A stretch of DNA of 64,000 nucleotides from Opitutia bacterium (GTDB taxonomy: Bacteria > Verrucomicrobiota > Verrucomicrobiia > Opitutales > T3Sed10-336). The position numbers and the translations under genes were made by a program. Positions within the stretch are counted from its first letter, which is position 1, and every line of letters begins with the position of its first letter. The stretch covers positions 96,001 through 160,000 of the forward strand of contig JBJHCF010000003.1 of assembly GCA_050506795.1 (NCBI GenBank), written 5' to 3'. A model generated the notes under the pieces. That model was not told the origin of the DNA and did no database searches. It worked only from the letters and a program-made list of their open reading frames with translations. This document shows positions 20,464 to 29,358 of the stretch, in pieces.

Positions 20464-21414
20464 TTATTCGGCGGACGTCGGCCAGTCGGTGATGCCCTCG
20501 TCGGTCATGGTGATGGGTTTGATGACGCCGTTTTCCCCATGCTCGAGCCTGTCGATGGCCGTCGAGCGGGAGCCGCGGAAGGGTCCGTTGTCCTCCCGAT
20601 CGTTCCAGCGGTGATAAACGATAAACCACTCATCGGAATGCGGGTTCTGGATTATCGAGTGGTGCCCCGGACCTTTGTGACGCTCGTCACTTTGCAGAAT
20701 CACTCCGCGATAGGTCCAGGGGCCGGTGGGTCCGGGCGCGGTGGAGTGGTGGACGTGATAGGTGGCGTCGCGCCAGTATCCACGACTGTAGGTGAAGTGG
20801 TAAAGGCCGTCGTGGTAATGGATGAACGCGCCCTCGGTGAAATATCGGGGGGTCTCTACCTCGATTTCGCGTTTAAAGGATACCAGGTCTTCGTTCAGCT
20901 CGAAAACGCGCAGGGTGGCGCCCGCGCTGCCGCCGGCGTAAAAATACGGTGTGCCGTCGGCCGGATCGATGAACACCATGGCGTCGATGGCTTCGAAGCC
21001 GGGTTCGCCGTGATCGGAAAGCAGCGCCTGGCCGCTGTCGGAAAATGGACCTTCCGGGGAGTCAGCCACCGCCACCCCGATATGGGAGGGCTTCGGGCCG
21101 ACCGAATAGTACAGGTAGTATTTGCCGTCCTTTTCCAGGATGCCCGGCGCCCAGGCGTGTTTGCCTTCGGGGATCCAATCGATGTCGGCGAAATTCAGAA
21201 TGGGACCGTGCTGAGTCCAGTTGACCAGGTCGGGCGAGGAAAAGGCGTAAAAATGTTCGCGATGTCCGTGGGTCGGATACACCCAAACGACGTCATCGAC
21301 GACGATGGCATGGGGATCGGCGCCGTCGAATACCGGATTCTGAGCGGCCAGGAAGCTGGGAAATGATGGCATGGCTAGGATGAGGGTGAGTAAAAGCGGG
21401 CGAAAAGTGTTCAT
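20464..21414 (-). CDS. Secreted GH43 glycoside hydrolase
   Basis: Signal peptide; GADPH, WAPG, EAID, FTEG, GPGHHS. Confidence 0.9.
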   Translation of the reverse strand: MNTFRPLLLTLILAMPSFPSFLAAQNPVFDGADPHAIVVDDVVWVYPTHGHREHFYAFSSPDLVNWTQHGPILNFADIDWIPEGKHAWAPGILEKDGKYYLYYSVGPKPSHIGVAVADSPEGPFSDSGQALLSDHGEPGFEAIDAMVFIDPADGTPYFYAGGSAGATLRVFELNEDLVSFKREIEVETPRYFTEGAFIHYHDGLYHFTYSRGYWRDATYHVHHSTAPGPTGPWTYRGVILQSDERHKGPGHHSIIQNPHSDEWFIVYHRWNDREDNGPFRGSRSTAIDRLEHGENGVIKPITMTDEGITDWPTSAE

Positions 21415-21506
21415 GGTCTGTTATATATATCGTTTACCGCGATGTGTAAAGGGGACAATGTTCATTCGAGTCGGTCCGGGGGATTATCAGGCGGAAAAAT
21501 ATTCCG

Positions 21507-22988
21507 TTGCGGTTCGCCGCAAACCGCTTGCTTTGGGATAAGGTTCTGAACACGATCTCCCGCTTGAATTCAGTGGTTAAAACGAATCGGACCGCCGGCC
21601 GGCTAAAAAGGAACCTCCGGATCTGTACCTGGGAAGGGGTCGTCGCGCTTCCCATCGTTTTCCTGTCGTTGCCGGGTAACTTCGTGATTGCCGCCCTTTT
21701 GACCAGGAACTTCGGACTCAGCGAAGGGTGGTTTGGTTTGATCGCATCTCTGCCGGCCTGGTGCAATGTGGTGCAGATCGTTTTGATGCCTGTCCTGGCC
21801 CGGCACTTTAATCCCAAGGCAACCACGATCGCCATGGCCTGGCTGCATCTGGCCTGCTGGACCGCCCTTGCTTTTGTCCTTCCGTTCCTCCCGGTCGACG
21901 ACCCGGGGAAAGCGGCGCTTTTCTTTGTGGTTTTCTTTCTGCTTTCCAGTCTGTTGGCCTCGATGACGGGGGTCAGTTGGACCTCATGGATTCAGGAGTG
22001 GATTCCCGAAAGGGTTCGCGGCAAGTACTTTGGTTATCGCAACCGTTTGATTACCTTCGGATCGGTGTTGTTTCTCCTGGGCGTGGGAAAACTTCTCGGT
22101 TTGCTGGATAACGCTTTGATCGGTTACCAGGTCGTCATTTTGTTCGGAGCGGTTTTGCGCTGTGTTTCGATCGTCGGACAGCACTTTATTCTCTCGGACG
22201 ATGGCATGGGCAAACCGAAGGAAAGGGTGGCGTGGAGCCGTTACCCGGCGATCCTGACCAGCTCGCCCGGGCTCGGTCTTTTTGTGGCATTCGGAGCGGT
22301 ATTCGGTTTCGCCACCGGCGTGGTAGGGCCGTTTTACAACGTGTTCATGTACGAACTGCTTGAGCTGTCGGTCAGCAAGGTGAGTTTTCTGGTGATCCTC
22401 TCCAGCGTGGGTGGCGCGGTGTCCTTTCCCGCATGGGGGGGCATGTTGCACAAGCACGGCAATAAACCGGTCCTGATTTTCTGCCTGGCGGCCTGGCAAT
22501 TGCAGAATTACCTGTGGTGCGTGTTAACGCCGGGCACCGCATGGATCCTTTATTTCATGTGGGCGTGGGGAGGGATCTTCGCGGCGGGCTATTTCATGGC
22601 TTCATTCAATCTCCTGCTGAAACTGGTTCCGGCCAAAACCAAGACCACCGGTATAAGCATTTATGTCGCAATCACTTCGTTTGCGGCGGCGGTCGCCCCG
22701 GTGATCGGCGGCCAGATCTATCGCATCGCTTTTGCGGCCGACCTCGATCCCTTGTTGACCTACCGGGTCACGTTCCTGCTGCAGCCGACCCTCTGCCTGC
22801 TGGGCTGCCTGATTCTGATCCGAATCCATGAACCGAGGTCCGCTTCAGTCCGCACCGTGATCGGCGCCATGCGGTCCATGCGACAGATCGGCACTCTCCT
22901 TGGCCTTTCGTTCCTGGTCAATTATACCTTCCTTCGCCAGCGCGGCGGCAAAAAGGGCGGTGTCGCCGGCCGGAATGGTCACGCTTGA
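21507..22988 (+). CDS. MFS transporter
   Basis: About 12 hydrophobic segments, WIPERVRGKYFGYRN loop; start uncertain. Confidence 0.8.
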   Translation: MRFAANRLLWDKVLNTISRLNSVVKTNRTAGRLKRNLRICTWEGVVALPIVFLSLPGNFVIAALLTRNFGLSEGWFGLIASLPAWCNVVQIVLMPVLARHFNPKATTIAMAWLHLACWTALAFVLPFLPVDDPGKAALFFVVFFLLSSLLASMTGVSWTSWIQEWIPERVRGKYFGYRNRLITFGSVLFLLGVGKLLGLLDNALIGYQVVILFGAVLRCVSIVGQHFILSDDGMGKPKERVAWSRYPAILTSSPGLGLFVAFGAVFGFATGVVGPFYNVFMYELLELSVSKVSFLVILSSVGGAVSFPAWGGMLHKHGNKPVLIFCLAAWQLQNYLWCVLTPGTAWILYFMWAWGGIFAAGYFMASFNLLLKLVPAKTKTTGISIYVAITSFAAAVAPVIGGQIYRIAFAADLDPLLTYRVTFLLQPTLCLLGCLILIRIHEPRSASVRTVIGAMRSMRQIGTLLGLSFLVNYTFLRQRGGKKGGVAGRNGHA

Positions 22989-23015
22989 GCCGACCCAAAG
23001 GTTAAGCGGCCACCG

Positions 23016-24176
23016 TCAGAACCGATCCACAATGCGGAGCATCGCCGCTTCCTGATCCTCGATACTCCTGACCATGGCCAATTGTTTTCGGCAGCGGTCG
23101 AGGTTCTGCCCAGGATAAGCCGTCTTGAAATAGATATCTCCCTCAAGAAAGTCGGTGAGAAATCTCATTCCCGCCTCCAGCGCGATCAGTTTGCCGGAAA
23201 ACACCAGGTGGGCCTTTTCAGCCTCGTTCAGCGATTCGCCGTTGCCGGACAGGTACCCTCGGACCAAGGCCTCGAACAGCGGAATTTCGATCTTGGCGCC
23301 TTCCGGATCGGTGTCGTCTTCGGGGGAGTGGCTGGCGGTGCTGCGCACCAGATCGCCGAAATCGTAAAGCGCAAGCCCCGGCATCACGGTATCCAAATCG
23401 ATCACACAGATCCCTTCGCCGGTGAAATCGTCGATCATGACGTTGTTCAATTTGGTGTCGTTGTGGGTGACCCGTTCGGCAATTTCTCCCCGGGCATGCA
23501 GGTCCAGCAGCACGTCCACCCACGCTTCCCGTTCGCGGATAAAGGCCCACTCGGCGGCGGCGCTTTCGATGAGCGCCCGCGGCTCTTGGCGGGTGGAAAC
23601 GGGCGCCGGATGCGATCCCGGCGGGGTTTCCCGACCCGTGATCGCCGCCACCTCGCGCAGGCGCTCGAAGCGTGATCGGGTGTCGTGGAACCCCGGAATG
23701 GTCACGTGCAACGGGTGTCCGGGAATGCTCCCCATTTGCTCCCGGAAATCACCGAAGGCTCTGGCGGCGGCGAATGCCTGGTCGGGCCCCTGGGTCACAT
23801 TGTAGGTCCGGGCGCGTTCGATAAAGTGGTAACACCGCCAATAATTCCGATCCTCAGTCACCAGGCAGGGGGAGCCGTCGGTGGTGGGGACGAGGTTAAG
23901 AGCCCGCCGGAAAACATCCGGCGAACCGGATTCCGTCAACTTGCGCCGCTGTTCCGCGGTGACCCGCTGGATGTTTTCCATTACGGCGATCGGGTCGGCG
24001 AAGACATGATGATTGATGCGCTGGAAGATGTAGCGGAAACGGCTGCCGTTGGTTTGAAAACAGGCCAGGAAGGTGTCGTTGATGTGTCCGGATCCATAGG
24101 GCCGACTTTCAAACAAGGAACCCTCAAGATCGAACCCCGAAACCACTTCAGGGGGCAAGGTGTTGATGATCATCAT
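23016..24176 (-). CDS. Aminoglycoside-phosphotransferase-fold sugar kinase (N-acetylhexosamine 1-kinase-like)
   Basis: GSGHINDT, VTHNDTKLNNV, VIDLDTVMPG, DFGD. Confidence 0.85.
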   Translation of the reverse strand: MMIINTLPPEVVSGFDLEGSLFESRPYGSGHINDTFLACFQTNGSRFRYIFQRINHHVFADPIAVMENIQRVTAEQRRKLTESGSPDVFRRALNLVPTTDGSPCLVTEDRNYWRCYHFIERARTYNVTQGPDQAFAAARAFGDFREQMGSIPGHPLHVTIPGFHDTRSRFERLREVAAITGRETPPGSHPAPVSTRQEPRALIESAAAEWAFIREREAWVDVLLDLHARGEIAERVTHNDTKLNNVMIDDFTGEGICVIDLDTVMPGLALYDFGDLVRSTASHSPEDDTDPEGAKIEIPLFEALVRGYLSGNGESLNEAEKAHLVFSGKLIALEAGMRFLTDFLEGDIYFKTAYPGQNLDRCRKQLAMVRSIEDQEAAMLRIVDRF

Positions 24177-24599
24177 TGAATCTCAGCCGGCGTTTTAAAG
24201 GCCTCACGCCGCTCTTCGGTTCGGAAAACAGTTCGAGCCTTGTAGCGTACAAACCTCATGTCGAATCAGTTAACTCTGTGTCCTGCGCAAGACGGAAGAT
24301 GATTCAGATTTGCGATTGCCGTATCAAGATTCTTTTTGGCTGTGGAAAACGAATTCCAGCGGAGTTTTGGGTTGTGTCGGATGGACGAATTGCTTTTATA
24401 CGTGCTTGACGGATTTATATATATAAAATCGAGTTTTTTAGGTATGATAAAACCCGCCTCCATTAAACCATCAAACTGCCCTTTACCGCTTTGAAGACGT
24501 CACGGTTTGTCCCGGGCCGGGGCGTTGTGGCCTCCAACCCCTTGGGTCAAGCACTTCGGTTTCAAGGCCAATGGCTCTTTTCATCTCAATGCTGCATTC

Positions 24600-24848
24600 A
24601 TGAAGAAAACCAAATCGATTCACACAATAACGGCCCTGGCGGCCTTCATGGGAATGATGATGCAGAATGCGACGGGCGCGGAAGGTGACCGGGATCCGAG
24701 AGGTCGGTATCCCCGGCGTTGGGACCGTCCGCAGAACAACCCTCTCCGGCAAATCGAGATTCTCGATATGGCCAGCGCCTCGCGCGGTTTCCTCATGGGC
24801 GCTCTTGCTTTCAAGGCCCCCGGTGACGGTTCGAACGCGGAGGATTGA
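24600..24848 (+). CDS. Small hypothetical protein with signal-like N-terminus
   Basis: MKKTKSIHTITALAAFMGMMM...; its TGA overlaps the ATG of the GH4 gene (TGATG). Confidence 0.35.
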   Translation: MKKTKSIHTITALAAFMGMMMQNATGAEGDRDPRGRYPRRWDRPQNNPLRQIEILDMASASRGFLMGALAFKAPGDGSNAED

Positions 24849-26161
24849 TGAGAAAGATCGCTCTCATCGGCGCCGGCTCGGTCGTTTTCGCCAAGCAGCT
24901 GATTTCCGATATTCTTCGGTTTCCCGAGTTGGCCGATTCGCATATTTGCCTGATGGACATCGACCGGGCTCGCTTGAAGGTTGCCGAGGTCATGACGCGG
25001 AAATTGGTGGATCGGCTCGGCGTGGGCGCCCAGGTCAGCGCGACCGAGGATCGCACCGAAGCGATTCGAGACGCGCGTTACGTCATTTGCACCATTCAGG
25101 TCGGAGGTTACAAACCCGCCACCGTGACCGATTTCGAAATCCCCAAAAAGTACGGTCTGCGTCAGACCATTGCGGATACGCTGGGCATCGGCGGTGTGTT
25201 CCGGGGATTGCGCACGATTCCCGAATTGCTGAAAATCGCCCGCGACATTGAATCCGTGGGCGATCCGCGGTGCCTTTTTCTCAACTACACCAACCCGATG
25301 GCCATGAACTGCATGGCGGTCGACCGGGCGGTCGGCGTGCCCGCCGTCGGGCTCTGTCACAGCGTCCAGGGCACGTCCCGGGAACTGGCGGGTTACCTGG
25401 ACGTCGATCCCAATGAGGTGAACTACCGGGTGGCAGGTATCAATCACATGGCGTTTTTCCTGGAGTTCCAACACCGCGGCCAGGATCTTTACCCCAGGCT
25501 TTTCGAACTTGCCGAGAAGGGCTTCGAGAAGGACAAGGTGCGATTCGAGATGATGCGACGATTGGGATACTTCGTCACCGAGTCGTCGGAACACCAGAGC
25601 GAATACGTTCCTTATTTTATTCATCACGGAGAGGAAATAATCCGGCGGTTTGATATCCCGCTCGACGAATACCTCAGACGTTGCGAGGCGATTATCGAGG
25701 AGTGGGAGAAAACGGAAAAGGACCTGCTCGGCGCTGACGGCGAAATCGAAGTCAAACCGCGTTCGCACGAATACGGGTCCTACATTATCCACTCCCGCGA
25801 AACCAACTCCCCGCGAGTGATCTACGGAAACGTCCCGAATACCGGATTGATCTCCAATCTGCCGGCCGGGTGCTGTGTCGAGGTCCCGGTCCTGGTCGAC
25901 GCCCAGGGAATCCAGCCGACGTGCATCGGCGACCTGCCGCCACAACTGGCGGCCATTTGCCGGACCAATATCAACGTGCAGGAATTGACGGTTGAGGCCG
26001 CGCTTACCGGAAACCGCGAGCACATCTATCACGCCGCCATGCTGGATCCCCATACCGCGGCGACGTTGCCCCTGGATCGGATTTGGGCGCTCTGCGACGA
26101 GTTGATTGCGGCCCATCAGAAAGATGGATTTTTAAAGGAATTCCCGGAATCGACCGGTTGA
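24848..26161 (+). CDS. melA: GH4 alpha-galactosidase/glucosidase (NAD+/Mn2+-dependent)
   Basis: KIALIGAGSVVF, QTIADTLGIGG, NYTNPM, GLCHS, AGINHM, TESSEH. Confidence 0.9.
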   Translation: MRKIALIGAGSVVFAKQLISDILRFPELADSHICLMDIDRARLKVAEVMTRKLVDRLGVGAQVSATEDRTEAIRDARYVICTIQVGGYKPATVTDFEIPKKYGLRQTIADTLGIGGVFRGLRTIPELLKIARDIESVGDPRCLFLNYTNPMAMNCMAVDRAVGVPAVGLCHSVQGTSRELAGYLDVDPNEVNYRVAGINHMAFFLEFQHRGQDLYPRLFELAEKGFEKDKVRFEMMRRLGYFVTESSEHQSEYVPYFIHHGEEIIRRFDIPLDEYLRRCEAIIEEWEKTEKDLLGADGEIEVKPRSHEYGSYIIHSRETNSPRVIYGNVPNTGLISNLPAGCCVEVPVLVDAQGIQPTCIGDLPPQLAAICRTNINVQELTVEAALTGNREHIYHAAMLDPHTAATLPLDRIWALCDELIAAHQKDGFLKEFPESTG

Positions 26162-26211
26162 GCAGCCACCTTGGGAAGCGGCGACCGGTCCGGCGAGATT
26201 TCACAGTTTTT

Positions 26212-29200
26212 ATGGAAAAATTCAGCAGAATTTATGAAAACCGCTACGCTCGTGTTATCGAGCAGATGACGGCTCATATTTACACCGGCCGGGCGGACGT
26301 TTCCGTGGAGGCCTTTCAACCGCGCGGGGAACCGGTGTCTCCGGAAGAGGCGCTAAACGCGACCTATCACCCGTTCTCCGTGGGCGATACCTGGGGCGGC
26401 GCCTGGAATACGGCCTGGTTTCGTATTACCGGCGCCGTGCCGGCGGAGTGGGAGGGGCGACAGGTGGTTGCCCTGATAGCCCTGTCCCCCTGGGAGCACA
26501 TTCCGTTTTCCGGAGAAGGGTTTGCCGGCGAGGGCCTGGTTTGGCAGAACGGCAAGCCGGTGCGGGCCATCAATATCAATCGCCGCGACGTTCCCATCGC
26601 TTCTCCGGCCAAAGGCGGTGAGACGTTCGAGTTCTATGTCGAGGCCGCGGCAAATCCCCAGGCCACCTCAATCGGGGCGAAAATGATGGTCAGTCCGGAG
26701 CCGGACGGCGCCCGGAAATTCACATTGGACAGGGCCGAGCTCACCTGTTTCGACCGCGAGGTCTGGGATCTCTATCGCGATTATCTCGCTTGTTACGAGG
26801 CCATGCGGGCACTGCCGGAACAGACGCCGCGCCGCGGCCAACTGCACTACGCGCTGAACGAGGCTTCAAACCGGTTGGACATCGAGAATTCCGAAACCTA
26901 CGAAGGCGCCCGAGCCGCATTGCGCGAGGTCATGTCCCGCACCAATTCCGCCACCACCCACACCATTTCCGCGGTGGGCCATGCCCACATCGATACCGCC
27001 TGGCTTTGGCCGCTGCGGGAGGCCATTCGGAAGTGCGCCCGCACCTTTTCCACCGCGTTGCGGTACATGGAGGAATACCCGGACTACAAGTTCAGTTGTT
27101 CCCAGGCCCAGCATTATGCGTGGATGAAGCATTATTACCCCTCGATCTACGCCGATATCAAAAAGGCGATAGCGCGAGGCGAGTGGGAGCCGATCGGGTC
27201 GATGTGGATCGAGGTTGATTGCAACATCCCTTCGGGCGAGTCCCTGGTGCGTCAGATCCTCCAGGGAAAACGCTTTTTTGAAAAGGAACTCGGGGTGGAG
27301 ACCACCGATGTCTGGATTCCCGATGTTTTCGGATACAGCGCGTCGATGCCTCAGATCATGAAAAAAGCGGGTATCCGCTACTTCATGACCAGTAAAATCT
27401 CCTGGAACGAGATCAATCGGTTCCCGCATCACACTTTCCTCTGGGAGGGAATCGACGGAACCCGGGTGTTTTCGCACTTCCCCCCCGCCGACACCTACAT
27501 GGGCAAGATGACGGGTCCGGAAATGATTCGTTGCGTTTCCCGCTTCACCGAGAACGATCGGGCGACGCGTTCCCTTTATCCCTACGGTTTCGGCGACGGG
27601 GGCGGTGGTCCAACGCGGGGCATGCTGGAAACCGCGCGGCGCTGGAAGGATTTTGAGGGGATTCCACGGGTGGAGCTCGACCGGGTGCGCGATTTTTTCC
27701 CCAAGGCCGAAGCGGATGCCAAGGACCTCCCGGTCTGGAGCGGCGAACTCTACCTGGAGTTTCACCGCGGCACCTACACCAGTCAGGCCGCGACCAAACG
27801 AGGCAATCGCAAGTGCGAGTTCCTGCTGCGCGAGGCGGAATTCTTCGATGCCGTTTCGCTGGCAATCTCCGGTCGGCGTCCCGAGGCCGGGGAGATGCCG
27901 CCTCACGCGGCCTACGATGTGGTGGCCCGGGACCGGGTCGACGCGGCCGGAGCCCTGGAGCGGGCTTGGAAGCTTTTGCTGCTGAATCAATTTCACGACA
28001 TCATCCCCGGGAGCTCCATCAATTGGGTTTACGAGGACGCGGCCCGGGACTACCAAACGATCGAAGCGTTGGGCGCCCCGATCGTCCGTCACGGGCAGAC
28101 CAGCCTGGAGTCCCGTATCCAAACCGCGGACTTTTCCGAACCGACAGTGATCTTTAATACCCTGGGCTTTGAACGCGCCGAGGTCGTATCCGACTCGTCC
28201 GGACACCCGTTCTGGGCGCAAGCCCCGTCCTGCGGGTACCGTGTGGTGGAAAAACGCGAGGAATTACCGGAGGCAGTGGCGCCGGTGACGGTGAAACAGG
28301 AGGACGGTGAATTCCGACTGGAGAACGGTCTGCTGCGGGTGATGGTGGATGGCGAAGGGCGTCTCTCCAGCGTCTATGACCTTGGTGCGAAACGTGAGGT
28401 GCTGGCGCCGGGGAAGAAGGGAAATCAGTTTCAGTTGTACGGCGACACACCGAGTCAATGGGATGCCTGGGACATCGAGGTTTTTTATGGCGAGGTGGGG
28501 TATGAGCTGCACGAGATGGACGTGGTGGAAATCGTCGAGTCCGGACCGCTGCGGGCCGTCCTGCAAGCCAAGCGTCATTTCCGGAATTCCTGGATCAGCC
28601 AGCGAATCGTCCTGCGGGCCGGATCGGCCCGAATCGATTTCGAGACCGAGGTGGACTGGCAGGAGGAGCGCAAGCTTCTCAAGGTCGCGTTTCCGGTCAA
28701 TGTCCGTTCACCCCGGGCTACCTATGAAATCCAGTTCGGGCACACCGAGAGACCGACTCACCGCAACACGAGTTGGGACGCGGCCAAGTTCGAGGTTTGT
28801 GCGCAGAAGTGGGCCGACCTTTCGGAAGGCGATTACGGGGTCGCCATTCTCAACGACTGCAAGTACGGACACGACATCCTGGACAACGTGATGCGTTTGA
28901 GTCTGCTGCGCGCGCCCAACGCTCCGGATCCTCTGGCCGACCGGGGCAGACATCGCTTTACCTATTCCCTCTTTCCTCACAGCGGAGGGAACCCGCAAAC
29001 CGGCGGGGTGATCGAGGAGGCGTTTGCCCTGAACGTTCCTCTGAGCCTGGTTGAAACCGAACCCCACCCGGGCGAACTGCCGGCGGTGCAAAGCTTCTTC
29101 CAGACGGATCGTCCGGGGCTGATGCTCGACACGGTGAAGGTCGCGGAAGACGCCGATGCCGTTATCCTGCGCGCCTACGAAGCCTACGGGACCCGGGGGC

Positions 29201-29355
29201 CCGCGCGTATCCGCACCGGTCTGCCACTTGAATCGGCGCTGATGGCCGATTTGCTGGAACGCCCGGCGAAATCCCTCGAAATGAATGACGGGGCGGTGGA
29301 AGTCGATGTGTCGCCTTTTGAAATCGTCACTTTGAAGTTTCCGATCACCAACTGA
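26212..29355 (+). CDS. GH38 alpha-mannosidase
   Basis: GHAHIDTAWLWP, WIPDVFGY, GDGGGGPT, GELYLEFHRGTYTSQ, NQFHDIIPGSSI. Confidence 0.93.
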   Translation: MEKFSRIYENRYARVIEQMTAHIYTGRADVSVEAFQPRGEPVSPEEALNATYHPFSVGDTWGGAWNTAWFRITGAVPAEWEGRQVVALIALSPWEHIPFSGEGFAGEGLVWQNGKPVRAININRRDVPIASPAKGGETFEFYVEAAANPQATSIGAKMMVSPEPDGARKFTLDRAELTCFDREVWDLYRDYLACYEAMRALPEQTPRRGQLHYALNEASNRLDIENSETYEGARAALREVMSRTNSATTHTISAVGHAHIDTAWLWPLREAIRKCARTFSTALRYMEEYPDYKFSCSQAQHYAWMKHYYPSIYADIKKAIARGEWEPIGSMWIEVDCNIPSGESLVRQILQGKRFFEKELGVETTDVWIPDVFGYSASMPQIMKKAGIRYFMTSKISWNEINRFPHHTFLWEGIDGTRVFSHFPPADTYMGKMTGPEMIRCVSRFTENDRATRSLYPYGFGDGGGGPTRGMLETARRWKDFEGIPRVELDRVRDFFPKAEADAKDLPVWSGELYLEFHRGTYTSQAATKRGNRKCEFLLREAEFFDAVSLAISGRRPEAGEMPPHAAYDVVARDRVDAAGALERAWKLLLLNQFHDIIPGSSINWVYEDAARDYQTIEALGAPIVRHGQTSLESRIQTADFSEPTVIFNTLGFERAEVVSDSSGHPFWAQAPSCGYRVVEKREELPEAVAPVTVKQEDGEFRLENGLLRVMVDGEGRLSSVYDLGAKREVLAPGKKGNQFQLYGDTPSQWDAWDIEVFYGEVGYELHEMDVVEIVESGPLRAVLQAKRHFRNSWISQRIVLRAGSARIDFETEVDWQEERKLLKVAFPVNVRSPRATYEIQFGHTERPTHRNTSWDAAKFEVCAQKWADLSEGDYGVAILNDCKYGHDILDNVMRLSLLRAPNAPDPLADRGRHRFTYSLFPHSGGNPQTGGVIEEAFALNVPLSLVETEPHPGELPAVQSFFQTDRPGLMLDTVKVAEDADAVILRAYEAYGTRGPARIRTGLPLESALMADLLERPAKSLEMNDGAVEVDVSPFEIVTLKFPITN

Positions 29356-29358
29356 GCC

